Part shown: piece after piece, positions 36,770 to 49,011 of the stretch
How the letters are laid out: the number at the start of each line of letters is the position of its first letter
Numbering within the stretch: the first letter of the stretch is position 1
Source of the DNA: Mobula hypostoma
Taxonomy: Eukaryota
DNA: 64,000 bases
Assembly: GCF_963921235.1 (NCBI RefSeq)
Contig: NC_086097.1
Coordinates: 246,266,001-246,330,000 of the forward strand
Reading direction: 5' to 3'
Made by a program: the position numbers and the translations under genes
The notes under the pieces: model-generated
What the model saw: only the letters and a program-made list of their open reading frames with translations
The model's database searches: none
What the model was told of the DNA's origin: nothing

Positions 36770-37280
36770 TTGGAGACTTCTATTGGTGGTCACCAGCGAG
36801 AGACCAGGCGTTGGCTGTGTGCCGCTAAATTTCGTGCTGGGTTAGGGGTTGGCCCCTCACATCAGTGCTACCCTCCAGTGTTCCCTCCGTGCTACTCTCT
36901 GATGTTCCCTTGGTGCTGCCCTCTGGTGTTTGCTCGGTGCTGCCCTCTGGTGTTCCCTTGGTGCTGCCCTCTGGTGTTCCCTCGGTGCTGCCCTCCGGTG
37001 TTCATTTGGTGCTGTCCGTCAGGGTTCGCTCAGTGCTGTGATACAGTATTTGCTTGGTGGAAGAACAACTCAGGGACTTGGGATAGATTTTTGTTTCCCT
37101 TTGTGACTGAATGCTATTCAGAAATTGTAAACATATGTTCTACTTATGCTATGTGCCATGTGCAGTGTGCTGTGTGCTGTTTGTAATATGTTTTACACCT
37201 TTGGCCCCAGAGGAACGTTGTTTCGTTTGGCTATATTGATGTATAGTTGAATGATAATTAAACTTGAACTTGAACTTGTA
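36770..37280 (+). mobile_element. Family C element carrying a 24-bp VNTR
   Basis: Head and tail homologous to 18655-19070; (AACTTG)3 tail. Confidence 0.65.
36865..37035. repeat. 24-bp tandem repeat, about 7 units
   Basis: Unit approximately GTGCTGCCCTCTGGTGTTCCCTCG; produces the CCPLVFP(W/R) pseudo-ORF. Confidence 0.9.
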
Positions 37281-39689
37281 AACCAAGGCTGGAATGATTT
37301 TGGTAGCAAAGTATTTTCCTAATTTATTAATTAACCTATTAACTTATTTGCAAGTTTTGCTCTCCTGGTGGAGGCATGGTAGCATAGTGGTGAGCATAAT
37401 GCTTTACAGTGCCAGCGACCCGGGTTCTATTCCTGCCACTGTCTCCAAGGAGTTTGCATGTTCTCCCCATGACTGCGTGGCTTTCCTCCACGTGCTAATC
37501 TTCAGATCTTTAATCTTTATTAAATTTACTTCTCACTGATGCATTGTGTTGCTTCCTAAAACAGAACTATTATAATTTCAGTCATGACTGGTTCTTGCTG
37601 CACTTGAAAGCGAGGAGTGTTGCAGGACATTCTGCATTCTCTTTGAATCTAAATGCTGTCCACTGGTAGAGTTTGTGCTGTGGAGCAAAAATGTTGAGTG
37701 CTTTTCTTCAGGCTCCTGTACCTCCTCCCTGATTGTAGTAATGAGAAGAGGGCATGCTGCCGGTGGTGAGGATCCTTCGTGATGGCTGCTGCCTGCTCGA
37801 TGGCGTGGGAAGAGTTAAAGATGGCGCCAGAGGTTTTTGCAGACCTGTGCAACTCCTTTCAGTTCATCTGCGAAAGTTTTTAATTCTTCTCTTCTCATGT
37901 CTTTTTTCTCCTTTTCAAGGTGGCTGGGGTTCCTGTCAGAGTCCGTGTTCTACAGCTGCAACTCAAACTATAGTTCTCCACGGGTAGTGGGGTCTTGCTT
38001 CGGAACTTACTGAGCAGCCTGGCCTTTTGATATCTCCAGGTGCAGCCTAGAAGATGTGCACCTTCGGGGTGTGGTCCGTGGATAATCAATTCCATAAGAA
38101 CATAAGATATAGGAGCAGAATTAGGTTACTTGGCCCATCGAGTCTGCTCTGCTATTTCAACACGGCTGATACAATTTTCCTCTCAGCCCCAATCTCCTGC
38201 CTTCTCTCCATATCCCTTCATGCCCCATCCTATCGATAATCTATCAACCTCTGCCTTAAATATACGTAAAGACTTGGCCTCCCCACAGCTGCCCGTGGCA
38301 AAGAATTCCAGATTCACCACTCTCTGTCAGGTTGTATACTGTATACATTCTCTGATATTAAACTGAACCCTTGACCATTAAACCATTGATTCAGATTCAG
38401 ATTCAGATTCATTTGGATTTTTTCCCCAAATCATCAAAACATACAGTGAAGTGCATTGTTTGTGTTAACTAACCCAACCTATGAATGTGCTGGCGACAGC
38501 CCTCAAGTGATGTCCTCGATGGCAGGGAGGATAGTGCCTGTGAGTTTATAACCCTCTGCAGCCTTGTCTGATCCTGTGCTGTGGCCCCCTCCATACTAGA
38601 CGGTAATGCAATAGTGACAAGCCTCTGCTGCAATCAGAATACTAACCTAAGTGATAGTTAAAGCAGAATTTAAATAAAAATGTCATGTTTTAGATATAAT
38701 AATAAAAAATATAGCTTGCTCATTGATGTCTGAAAGACACCCGTATGCTTTTTCTGGTACAAATTCCTCATTAGAACAAGTAAAACTTTACTTCTACATT
38801 CAAAGTTTGGACCTCACTTAACTTCATCTGTAAACGTCCCATGGCGATGCTCACACAGACTGAGAGAAAATGCTGTTTCAAAACAACAGAGGTGTTATCA
38901 ATAAAGTATGACAGGAAATAAGAGTATTATTTCACTCAGTAATGTTCCCACCCTCTTTCCTTCCTGCACGGGGGAGCAGAAGTTAATTCACAGAGCAGCA
39001 GGGATACAGCTTCATGCCCCTCTTCCTGACAGTAGGGTTTGTCTCTGAACAATGACTTATGAATTTGTCAGGGAACTATCACTTGCTGGTCTTGACAATC
39101 GAGCACTTTAAGACGTGAGAAATTTCTTAACCTGCCTAATAGCACTCCCCAAAATGACTTCTCTGGATTTTCCATCCACACAGCTGCACAGTCAAACTGA
39201 TAAAACATGTGTTCTCCTTACAGATGCTTCTGGCTAGCCATGCCTCATCACCTCATACAAATGAACAAAATAAAAACAATAAAAATCATTTCGATATTGT
39301 TTACTTATTACATTTGGTGAGAATAATTTATGCTGCCAAAACTTTTCCATAAAGATAGTTGCTAAAAATTCCTTTTCACAAGAGAAAGCATATTATTAAC
39401 TTAAAGAAAAGACACCAGGATGAAACCGAACATTTAGCATCATCAGAAAGCTAACATACAGATTTATTTAACACATGTACATCGAAACATACAGTGAAAT
39501 GCATCGTATGCGTTAACAACCATAACGCTCAAGGATGTGCTGGGGATGTGTTGATACATACTCCAGTGCATGCTCACAATGCTTGGAAAAACAACACAGT
39601 AGCAACAATGTTTTAGAATCAGCTTCTTCACCACCACCATCAGATTTCTGAATAGACAATGAAACCACGAACACCACCTCACTCTCTGT

Positions 39690-40698
39690 GCTCAGTCTGT
39701 TGGGACAGGAACACTGTTGCCGAACAGTTTCTAACTAGAAAAAAAGCAACACACACAAAATGCTGGAGGAACTCAGCAGGCCAGGCATCATCTATGAAAA
39801 AGAGTACAGTCGACGTTTTGGGCTGAGACCCTTCGGCAGGAGGAAAAAAGGAAGTTTCTAACTAGTGTCAGTCTTGTGCACATGTGTACATCGTGCTTAG
39901 AGCAAAACGTTTTTAAATAGCATCAGTTGCGTGAGGTTGTGTTAAAAAAAGTGTCACTGTTAGAAATAAGCAGTCAGACAATTCAGAACTGTTTTGCTCA
40001 CTGCAGTTTCAAGCATTCAGGCTCAGAGACGCCAGAAACGGCTGGGAGTGAAAATGAAACGATTTCACTACTTCAACAAGTTAGGAACTATAAAGAATCT
40101 GAAGGTATTGACAATCATCTTGAATGCAACCCTTGGTCCCGACCAGACACTCAGCTCTCACCTGTGGCTCCAAGTAACTGTTTGCACGCCACAGTGGCCA
40201 CACCTCGGTACAGATGGGCTAAACCAGGTTGAGGGTAGCCGGCAGGTCTCATACCCCAGGGAAACAGGGACATGCCTGTCCTAACATGCAAAGTCAGCTT
40301 CAGCAGACAGTTCAGATGAGATGCAACAGCTAAGAAGGCGGGTCTGAAGTGCTACGTTGAGAGCGAAGGGCATGGCGAGGCACAGAATACGTCCACTGCA
40401 ATGAAGGGAAGCCCTATTTGTGATGACTACTCATACCACTGGTCAAGAGAGTGTAACAGTCACAGTGCAAGCCTTTTCCACATTAAAAACTCTCCCGCAC
40501 AGGTCTCCTCTTACCAGCAGTTATGCCAGACAACCACCAATAGGATTGGTAGTTTTCTAAATTGTTCCGTATTTCATTTAAATATATAATTTGTTGCTGG
40601 GTTAAATAGTAGTTTGTCCTTTTTATATACCTTTTTAACTATTTCCATGAAACTTGGGCTAATTGGGACAGCCACTTATTTGGGCCAAAATGTACTGC
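39690..40698 (+). mobile_element. Tigger/pogo-like transposon relic interrupted by a Penelope mini-insertion (39745-39842) and a retro-insert (~40130-40540)
   Basis: ISSQTIQNCFAHCSF, a TIGD/CENP-B-like C-terminal motif; terminal sequence ...GGGCCAAAATGTACTG. Confidence 0.7.
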
Positions 40699-40932
40699 TC
40701 CTGATGTATCTCAAGGTTCAACATGTTGTGAATTCAGTATGCCCTTCTGCACACCACTGCTGTAACACATGGTTATTTGAATGCTGTTGCCTTGCTTAAG
40801 GTTGTTATGGCTGGAGGTGGTGGTAGGGATAAGCTCTCACTACCTATTAAATGCTCTCCATGGCGTGCATCTCAAATAGTCTCTGACAACCAGGTCCAGC
40901 TCCTGGCCTTCAAGTGTGGCTTAGCTACTAAA

Positions 40933-41320
40933 TCATAAGACCGTAGGACCATAAGATATAGGAGAAGAAGCAGGCCATTCGGCCCATCGAGTCTGCTCCA
41001 CCATTCAATCATGGGCTGATCCAATTCTTCCAGTCATCCCCACTCCCCTGCCTTCACCCCATACCCTTTGATGCCCCGGTTAATCAAGAACCTATCTATC
41101 TCTGCCTTAAATACACCCAATGACTTGGCCTCCACAGGTGCTCGTGGCAACAAATTCCACAGATCTACCACCCTCTGACTAAAGTAATTTCTCCGCATCT
41201 CTGTTCTAAATAGACGTCCTTCAATCCTGAAGTTGTGCCCTCTTGTCCTAGACTCCCCTACCATGGGAAATAACTTTGCCATATCTAATCTGTTCAGGCC
41301 TTTTAATAACCAGAATGTTA
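40933..41320 (-). mobile_element. CR1 3' end, nested
   Basis: KLFPMVGESRTRGHNF..FSQRVVDLWNLLP. Confidence 0.9.
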
Positions 41321-41654
41321 AAAACCGACGGAACTGTTTCTACTGACAGGAGAAGGAGCAAAGGTGGGTTACTGGTGCCTTAAAACCAGTCACTTCAGGC
41401 AGTTAGGGCTCGCCAGCCATGGTTGGCAGCTCATCTAAGAGAAAGAAAACTCTGATTTCAAACCTCTGCTGCCTTGTGGCTATACACACTCACAGGGAAA
41501 GCTATGAGAAAAATCTGGAACTGGAGTTCCCAAAGCAGTCCTATGTTGAGTTCAATGCTGACTGGCAACTTCTGCGACACAGCTGGTACCAAACTGTATT
41601 GGTCTCTGCCATTCCTTTGGGTTCATTAGATGCATAGAGAAGGGAAGCTTACTA

Positions 41655-43053
41655 CAGACATCCCACCCTGCAAAAGTTCATTTCAGGGAAGAAGCACCCC
41701 CCCCCCCGCCCCGGTCGACCTCCAAGGGTGTATGTAATACTTTGTTTGGTGATTTTGTCTAATTTGTAAACCAAGTTGGGTATACGCAGAAAATGTGACA
41801 TTAAAATATGTACATATTATATTATATTATCATGTTTATTCTATTACAACTTTAAGCAAGTTGACACAGAGTTTGGCCTCATCATCTAGGACATCAATAG
41901 TGTAGCTCCTTAGCAGCCAGCCAGCGAGTTTAAATAACGTTAGCTATGCTAATGAACGAATGTCACCTGCTAAACTCACCTCAACAGGTCTTTTACATTT
42001 TAACCCACCATGGGCAATAGAAAAGTCACTGTTGCAAACAGTGCAGCGAGCAACACTGTCATTATTTTTGAGGTCGACTGTAAAGCCCGCCCACAAAGAA
42101 AACTGATAGGTCTACTTAGTAGAGGTCCCCAACCTTTTTTGCACCGCAGACCGGTTTAATATTGACAATATTCTTGCGGACCGACCGACTGGGGGAGGGG
42201 GGGTGTTAATCACAACCGGAATATAGGTGATAAGTCACTTATAAGTGACTAATACACTCAATTTCGTTTCTGAAAGGGTTTATCTAACGAATTTAATATT
42301 AAACACACAGCGCATATTTTCCTCACACGAATATAGTGATAAGTCAATTAGAAGTCAATAGCATCATAACATTTTAAGTAACGTTTGGATATTAAACACA
42401 CAGCGCATATTTTCCTCGTATGAACATATAAAATCATTGCAACACACCAATATCGCTGAATCAGTGGGAGCCCTGGGCTTGTTTCCCTGCAACAAGACGG
42501 CCCCATCAAGGGGTGATGGGAGACAGCGATACTCGAAGGGGGTTCCTTATGTCCAGTCTATTCTGCAATTTAGTTTTCGTTGCATTCATTGCAGAAAACC
42601 CCGCTTCGCAGAGTTATGTTGGAAATGGAAGCAACGTTTTCAGTGCTTTCATGGCTATCTCAGGATATTCAGCCTTGACTTTGATCCAGAATGCCGGCAA
42701 AGATGTTACGTTAAACATACTTTTCAGCCCGCCATCATTCGCAAGCTCGAGGAGTTGATCTTCCTCCCGCGCTGACATGGATGACACGTGCGTTCAAGTT
42801 CAACAGTGCGTGACAGGGAATGAGGAAAGGTGCAGCTGACTCATATCACCAAGTCATATTGTTATTCTCGCAGCCTGGTGGTTGGGGACCACTCTTAGCA
42901 CGAAGAGAGACCAATCAGGATGCTCGCTCTCCCTCTCGCTCTCTTTCTCAAAAACACCGATTTCCGGGATATTGTATATAATTTCCGGGCGTCAGGGAGC
43001 CACTATCGATATGCGGAAGACTCCCAGAACTTCCGGGAGAGGTGGGATGTCTG
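41655..43053. mobile_element. Non-autonomous DNA transposon with a 13-bp perfect TIR and an apparent 6-bp TSD
   Basis: CAGACATCCCACC (41655-41667) / GGTGGGATGTCTG (43041-43053); TTACTA at 41649-41654 and 43054-43059. Confidence 0.85.
42120..42893 (-). mobile_element. hAT-Charlie internal-deletion derivative
   Basis: TIRs AGAGGTCCCCAACC / GGTTGGGGACCACT; minus strand encodes the hAT dimerisation domain FWIKVKAEYPEIA..LLPFPT..LCEAGFS...KQAQGSH*. Confidence 0.9.
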
Positions 43054-43159
43054 TTACTACATGGGTAACAACTTGTTCTCCATATCGTACCGCCCTGCCT
43101 TGCCTAACTAGATAGCTAGGATGCAACATCCATGGTCAACTCTCACTGATGGAGGCCCT

Positions 43160-43545
43160 CACATTGCTTTCCACTAGACATTCTCTTCTGATCTCCCTCA
43201 TTAACAAGGATTTCTCGTCCACAGAACTGCTGTACACTGGATGTTTTTTTTTCGTTTTTCACACCATTCTCTGTAAACTCTAGAGTTTGTTGTGCATGAA
43301 AATCCCAGGAGATCAGCAGTTTCTGAGATACTCAAACCACCCCGTCTGGCACCAACAATCATTCCACTGTCAAAGTCAGTTAGATCACATTTCCTCACCG
43401 TTCTGATGTTTGGTCTGAACAACAACAGAACCTCTTGACCATGTCTGCATGCTTTTATGCATTGAGCTGCTGCCCTGTGAATGGCTGATTAGGTAATTGC
43501 ATTAATGAGTAGATGTACTGGTGTACCTAATAAAGTAGCCACTAA
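43160..43545 (-). mobile_element. Tc1-derived element, right part; left part at ~40706-40794
   Basis: GMIVGARRGGLSISETADLLGFS; ends TACCTAATAAAGTAGCCACT. Confidence 0.8.
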
Positions 43546-43844
43546 TTTAGAGTAAGTTTTTATCTGCAGGTAACTGTGAACAGCTGTTCCTGGTTTGATC
43601 AGTACAATCTGCCCAGATCAGTGCAGTACTGTTTAAATCTTTCAGTGAAGAACAGGAATGTTCACTATTACATTGCTGGAAAAGAATCCTTAACTTTTGA
43701 GATTTGTTAAAAAAAGACTTACAAAAACAGTAGGCTTATTTAAGGAGATAATTTTTAACCCATCAGACCCCTAAGGCAACACATTCAGAATTCTGGTGAT
43801 ACTCAGTCTGTCAGGCAGCGTCTATGGAGTGGACTAGAACACAA

Positions 43845-44447
43845 AGATTTAGTGTTGAAGCTTTATAAGGCACTAGTGACGCCTCACTTGGAGTATTGTG
43901 ACCAGTTTTGAGCCCCTTATCTAAGAAAGGATGTGCTGAAATTGGAGAGGGTTCGGAGGAGGTTCCTGAGTCATGACTCCATGAGTAAATGGCTTGTCAT
44001 ATGAAAAGCATTTGATGGGTTTGCGCCTGTATTCACTGGAATTCAGAATAAGGGGTGACCTCAGTGAAACCTAATGAATGTTGAAAGGCCTCGCTAGAGT
44101 GGATCTGGAAAGGATATTTCCCACAGTGGAGGAATTTACGACTAGAGGGTGCAACCTCAGAACAGAGGGATGTCCTTTTAGAATGGAAATGAGGAATTCC
44201 TTTAGTCAGACAGTGGTGAATCTGTGGAATTTGTTGCTACACTCGGCTGTGGTGGCCAAGTGATTGGGTATACTTAAGGCAGAGATTGATAGTATCTTGA
44301 TTAGTCAGGGCATGAAAGATTACTGGTAGAAGGCAGGAGATTGGGGCTGACAAGGAAATGAATCAGCCATAATGAAATTGTGGAGCAGACTTGATGGGCC
44401 AAATGGCGTAATTCTGCTCCTATACCTTCTGGTTTTATGGTCTTATA
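43845..44447 (+). mobile_element. CR1 fragment
   Basis: LYKALVTPHLEYC..; VVNLWNLL. Confidence 0.85.
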
Positions 44448-45363
44448 AACAGTCAAAGTTTTGGCTGGGACCTTTCATCAGGGTTGGAAAGAAAGGAGGA
44501 AAAAGCCAGTATAAGAAGATGGAGAGAGGGGAAGGAGGACAAGCTGGCAGGCAATAGGTGAAGCCAGGTGAAGAGGAACTGTGGGCTATTAAACAAATGG
44601 GGAAAGATTGTTTCAATTGGTTGTTGAATTGATAATAAGGGGTATGAACTCAGGATTATCACAGGACAAAATGGAAGCTGCACGGGAATTCTTTCCAGAT
44701 GGCTGCTTCAAAAATATAATAGGAAATGGAAAAAGGAAAAAAAAATGGGATTAAAGTAGACAGCAGCATTACTCTGCTAACACCGACACTATTGGCTGAA
44801 TATCCTCAATCTGTGGTGAAGTCTTGACAGATCTTTGAAGCCATGATGAAGCTCTCTACTTTGCTTAACTCTGCACTGAAGTCAGATGTAATGCATTACT
44901 TTCAACAAAAGAGCTTCAGAAACTGACTGTGGAATAGAAACTTCAGAAAGATCCCCACTATCCTCACTTGAGTTGATATGTCAAAGGCTATTGAAGAATC
45001 CATGTTGCTGAATGATTAGTCTATTCCTGATTTCTGTCCCAGGTGTCTGGGTGTTAGCCAGTGCAGCTGGACTGTTAGGTATCACATTTATAATCCTACG
45101 CTGGCTTCACTTGATTCTGTTCTATTTTCCTGTTTTCACGGCAATAGGATGAAACTAAATGAGGCGTTTTGTCAGCTGTAGAAAACAGTGGGACTCAGAC
45201 ATTCCAAAAATCTTTCCAATGAAAATCCAGTCTGTTATTATTAAGCCTTTAGTTTGTTTTCCTCTCCGCCAAACTAGGACACATTGATTTGGGACAAAAC
45301 AGGTCCAGTGCCAAGAGTCTGTATCTTTCTGTTTCTCCATCCCACCCCATCTCTGCTTTCAGA

Positions 45364-46077
45364 GTCTGCAGATGCTGGAAATTCAGAGTAACACACACAA
45401 AATGCTGGAGGAACTCAGCAGGTCAGGGAGCATCTATGGAGGGGAATAAACAGTCGACGTTTTGGGCTGAGACCCTTCGTCAGGACTGGAAAGGAAGGGG
45501 GTAGAACCCAGAATAAGAAGAAGGGTGAGGGGGAGGAGTATGAGAAGGCAGGTGATGGCCAGGTGAGGAGGAAGGTAGCTGGGTGGGGATGAAGTGAGAA
45601 GCTGGGGTGATAGATGGAAATAGTAAAGGGTTGAAGAACAGGGAATCTGATAAGAGAGAAAATTAGGCCATGGGAGAAAGGGAAGGATGAAAGGCACAAG
45701 AAGAAGGTGATAGGCAGGTGAGGAGAAGAGAAGGGGTAAGAGGGGAGCCAGAATGGTGAATGGAAAAAGGGTGGGGAGTTAGGAGGTACTACAGAAAGTT
45801 AGTTCCTTCAACATTTCATAAGCACTAGAAATTCTGCAGATGCTGGAAATCCAGAGCAACACACACACAAAATGCTGGAGGAAACCAGGAGCTCTCCATC
45901 CGCCAAAAACAGAATTTCCTGGTGGCCAACCATTTTAATGTCTATCCCCATTCCCTCTTCTGATATATCAGTCCATGGCCTCCTCTTCTGACATGATGAG
46001 GCCAATCTCAGAGTTGAGGAGCAACACCTTATATTCCATCTGAGTAGTCTCCAACCTGATAGCATGAAGATCAATTT
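45364..46077. mobile_element. Penelope-like fragments in both orientations; hammerhead motif at 45451-45489 (-); the plus-strand piece continues at 46692-46883 and 47630-47750
   Basis: Tail motif CTGCAGATGCTGGAAAT..CACACAAAATGCTGGAGGA; VEEQHLIFHLSSLQPD. Confidence 0.75.
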
Positions 46078-46691
46078 AGATTATGAAGACACACAGTGCT
46101 CTTTTATTGTCATTTAGTAATGCATGCATTAAAAAATGATACAATATTTCCTCTGGTGTGATATGACAAAACACATGACAGACCAAGACTAAAAAAACTA
46201 ACAAAACCACATAATTATAACATATAGTTACAACAGTGCAACAATACCATAATTTGATGAAGAAGTCCATGAGCACAGTAAAAAGTTCAAAGTCTCTCCA
46301 ATGTCCCACATCTCATACAGATGGAAGAAAAACTCTCCCTGCCATGCCCGACCACAGTCCGACTCTGAGTCATCCGAAAACTTCAAGGCTCCGATCAGCT
46401 CTCCGACACTGAGTACTGAGCGCCATCTCTATCCGAACGATTCGACTTCAATCTCGGTCGCCAACAGTAGGCAAAGCCGGGGATTTTGAGGCCTTCCTTC
46501 CGAAAGAGTCCCGATCGTGCAGTAACAACAGCAGGGAACTGCCGTTTCAGAAATTTCTCCAGATGTTCCTCTGTGCTTTCACGTCTGTCTCCATCAAATC
46601 AGAATTGTCCATGGCCCCTATTTAACGGATACGATATCATTTTTCACCGGAGGGCTGCGCACGCGCGGCGTGCTGCTCTCTCTCCTCCTGC
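46078..46691 (-). mobile_element. CpG-rich, probably young non-autonomous retroelement of unidentified family
   Basis: 6-bp TSD CAATTT (46072-46077 / 46692-46697) inside Penelope sequence; the minus-strand tail has AATAAAAG. Confidence 0.7.
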
Positions 46692-46883
46692 CAATTTTTC
46701 AAACTTCCTAAATTTTTTTCATTTTTTTCTTTTCCCCTCTCCCTTCCTTCTTCTTCTGTTCCCCACTCTGGCTTCTTACCTCTTCTGCTCACCTGCCTAT
46801 TACTCCCCCTCCTTTTTCCTTTCTCCCATGGTCCACTCTGCACCTATTTTCTATGTTTCTAAGTTTCTCCTCTCCTGTCAGAT

Positions 46884-47629
46884 TAGATTAGATTAGATTA
46901 GATTCAACTTTATTGTCATTGTGCAGAGTACAGATACAAAGCCAATGAAATGCATTTAGCATCTGACCAGAAATGCAAAGAATAGTGTTATCTATAAAAT
47001 AACTGCGAATAAAAAAAGTGCTACAGCACACAAATATAAAAGTACTGAGACAGTACAATACAGATGCAATACTGCTTAGCACTGTGATGAGAGGTTCAGC
47101 AGTGTCACAGCCTCAGGGAAAAAGCTCTTCCTGAGCCTGCTGGTGCGGGAGCGGAGGCTCCTGTAGCGCCTACCGGATGGGAGAAGAGTAGAAAGTCCAT
47201 GGTTAGGGTGAGATGCATCCCTGATAATGCTTTTCGCCCTGCTCAGGCAGCGTTTATGGTAGATGTTCTCAATGGTGGGCAATTGGGTGCCGATAATCCG
47301 CTGGACAGATTTCACCACATGCTGGAGTGCCTTGCGGTCCGATACGGGACAATTGCCATACCACACTGAGATGCAGTTGGTGAGTATGCTCTCAATGGTA
47401 CAGCGGTAAACGTCCGTCAGTATCCTGGGACAGAGGTGAGCTTTCTTCATGCTCTGCAGGAAATAAAGGCACTGTTGCACCTTTTTGATCAGGATGGAGG
47501 AGTTCAGGGACCAGGTGAGGTCCTCGGAAATGTGGACACCAAGGAATTTGAAGCTTGATACATGCTCCACTACAGTTCCGTTGATGTAGATGGGGACATG
47601 AGTGTGACTCCTGGCATGCCTGAAGTCCC
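46884..47629 (-). mobile_element. Rex1/Babar LINE 3' part, open over ~185 codons
   Basis: VEHVSSFKFLGVHISEDLTWS..YRCTIESILT..LPSGRRYRS..SFFPEA; (TCTAA)n tail; possible TSD CAGAT. Confidence 0.95.
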
Positions 47630-48044
47630 CAGATCCCATCTTCTCCAGCCCTTTACCTTTTCCACCCACCTGGCTTCAATTATCACCCTCTAGCACCACA
47701 CCCCTCCCATTTTTTATTCTGACTTCTTCCCCCTTCCTTTCCAATCCTGATTTATTTATTTGAATACAATGCAGAATAAGTCTTTCTGACCCTTCAAACT
47801 ACACCACCCAGTAATCCCCTAATTTAATCCTAGCCAAATTATGGAACAATTTTAGCCTAATCATGGGCCAATTTTTACAATGACAAATAACCTACAAACT
47901 GGGACGCCTTTGTGTGAAGAAACCCACGCTGTCATGGGGAGAATGTACAAACTCCTTATCGGCGGTGGTGAGGAATGAACCTCGGGTTGCTGGTACAGCA
48001 GAGTGTTGTGCTAACCACAAAGCTACCATGCCACTCCAGTTTCT

Positions 48045-48376
48045 TGAGTCCTGAAGAAGGGTCTCAGCGCAAAACGTCGACGGTTTATTCGTTTCCAATG
48101 ATGCTGCTGAGTTCCTCCAGCATTCTGTGTGTGTTGCTCTGGATTTCAGTAGTATTGGACCAAAGTATTTTCAATATATTATGAACAGATTCATCACTGA
48201 ATCCCTTCATTTTACATTTTCTTTCAACAGTTTGGCTTACACAGTGATCACCAAATCAGGCAAACCACTCCAGTGAATTCATGATGAAGCTTGATGAAGG
48301 GCCTCAGCCTGAAACGTCGACCGTTTATTCTTCTCCATGGATGCTGCCTGACCTACTGAGTTCCTTCAGCATTTTG
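48045..48376 (+). mobile_element. Two short Penelope 3'-end insertions with hammerhead motifs (48047-48082 and 48291-48322)
   Basis: CTGAAGA..AAAACGTCGAC and TTGATGA-agggcctcagcct-GAAACGTCGAC. Confidence 0.65.
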
Positions 48377-49011
48377 ACCACCTCTGTGACATCACCTGAT
48401 CCATTGCCACAGTTGTTTATCTAAAGTTAACCAGCTCCCTTACAATGAATTATAATTAATGTTGTTTAAGAATATTACTTTAGGCAGTACGTATCAAATT
48501 GCTTTACTTAAGAACATAGACATTAGAGCAAAATTAGGCCATTTGGCCCATCAAGTCTGTTCTACCATTTCATCATGGCTGATCCACTTTCCTCTCAACC
48601 CCATTCTTTTGCCCTCTCCTGATAACCTTTCATGCCCTGACTTATCAAGAATCTGTCAACCTCTCCCAATGGCCTGGCCTCCACAGCTGCTTGTGGCGGC
48701 GAAATCCACAGATTCACCACATTATGGCTAAAGAAATTCCTTCTCATCCCATTGTAAATGGGCACCCCTCCATTCTGAGGCTGTGCTCTTCCCAATCTAA
48801 AGTTTGTTTCGTTGACAATAAATGTTACGTTGAGAATCAAGAACCTGATTTAGGACACAGAACACAGCATATTTATAGGCCTTTCAGCCCATGATGTTGT
48901 GCTAACCTTTAAACTTACATTAAGGTCAATCTAACCCTTCTGTCCCACATAGCCCTGCATTTTTCTATCATCTATGTGCCTATCTAAGAATCCCTTAAAC
49001 GTCCCTAATGT

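Larger units (their letters stand above)
40795..43158 (+). mobile_element. Family A element split into three pieces (40795-40932, 41321-41654, 43054-43158) by nested insertions
   Basis: The pieces rejoin into a copy colinear with 8825-9410. Confidence 0.8.

Noticed and set aside
36770..37186. 138-aa Cys-rich ORF resembling a keratin-associated or metallothionein-like protein
   Set aside because: It is the translation of a 24-bp VNTR inside a repeat and lacks an ATG start.
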